Assembly (NCBI RefSeq): GCF_964213995.1
Contig: NC_135815.1
Span: 2,480,001 to 2,544,000 of the forward strand
Source of the DNA: Mustelus asterias
Lineage: Eukaryota
Direction: 5' to 3'
Length of the DNA: 64,000 bases
In this document: one piece after another, positions 63,114-64,000 of the stretch
How positions within the stretch are numbered: the first letter of the stretch is position 1
Layout: each line of letters starts with the position of its first letter
Notes under the pieces: generated by a model
Seen by the model: the letters and a program-made list of their open reading frames with translations, nothing else
What the model was told of the DNA's origin: nothing
Databases searched by the model: none
Program-made: the position numbers and the translations under genes

Positions 63114-64000
63114 CAAAGAACAAAGAACAACACAGCACAGGAACAGGCCCTTCGGCCCTCCAAGCCTGCGCTGCTCATGTGTCCAGCGAGACCATTCGGT
63201 TGTATCCCTCTATTCCCAGTCTGTTCATGTGGCTACCTAGATAAGTCTTAAACGATCCCAGCGTGTCCGCCTCATTCACCTTGCTTGGCAGCGCATTCCA
63301 GGCCCCCACCACCCTCTGTGTAAAATACGTCCCCCTGACATCTGTGTTGAACCTTGCCCCCCTCACCTTGAACCCGTGACCACTTGTGTTCATCACCTCC
63401 GACCTGGGAAAAAGCTTCCCACTGTTCACCCGATCTATGCCCTTCATAATTTTATACACCTCCATTAGGTCGCCCCTCATCCTCCGTCTTTCCAGGGAGA
63501 ACAACCCCAGTTTACCCAATCTCTCCTCATAGCTAAGACCCTCCATAGCAGGCAACATCCTGGTAAACCTTTTCTGCACTCTCTCCAAAGCCTCCACGTC
63601 CTTCTGGTAGTGTGGCGACCAGGACTGGACGCAGTATTCCAAATGTGGCCTAACCAACATTCTATACAGCTGCAACATCATATGCCAACTTTTATATTCT
63701 ATGCCCCATCCAATAAAGGCAAGCATGTCATATGCCTTCTTCACCACCCTCTCCACCTGTGCTGCCACCTTTAAGGATCTGTGGACTTGTATACCCAGGT
63801 CCCTCTGTGTGTCTATATTCCTGATGGTTCTGTCATTTATTGTATAGCTCCCCCTTACATTAGATCTACTGAAATGCATCACTTCGCATTTATCTGGATT
63901 AAATTCCATCTGCCATTTCTCCGCCCAGTGTTCCAGCCTATCTATATCCTGCTGTATTCTCTGACAATGTTCATCACTATCCGCAACTCCAGCAATTTTT
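63114..64000 (-). mobile_element. CR1 LINE 3' portion, runs off window end
   Basis: ORF 63175-63909 ([23 protein letters not shown]) plus tail. Confidence 0.92.

Overview
Eukaryotic DNA, most likely from a cartilaginous fish (shark). The assignment is inferred from abundant CR1 LINEs, HE1-like and DeuSINE-type SINEs, and Penelope, Rex1 and Tx1 fragments. One real protein-coding gene is buried in the repeats, on the minus strand over about 29 kb, and the ORF track catches only pieces of it. I assembled it from splice sites: leader exon (29582-29633), four tandem germline-joined 'VJ'-type Ig domain exons (20350-20700, 17696-18040, 13358-13705, 9003-9377), an uncharged TM exon (6535-6670), a cytoplasmic exon with TVYANV (4703-4746), a probable second cytoplasmic exon (2107-2150) and a candidate terminal exon with TVYGPI (923-984). 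Splice phases match from the leader through 2107, giving a ~570-aa non-rearranging, antigen-receptor-like receptor of inhibitory/switch type, with a TATA/ETS/RUNX promoter. Its introns contain structures that could alter the ectodomain: a ~565-bp inverted duplication bracketing V1, a 40-bp minisatellite repeating perfect 5' splice sites between V3 and V4, and ~99% V3/V4 identity confined to the exons. The rest is nested retroelements, two solo LTRs with target-site duplications (TSDs), and large tandem arrays, including a 15-kb CpG-rich 21-bp satellite. All very long ORFs in the track are repeat artefacts. Repeat boundaries are approximate.
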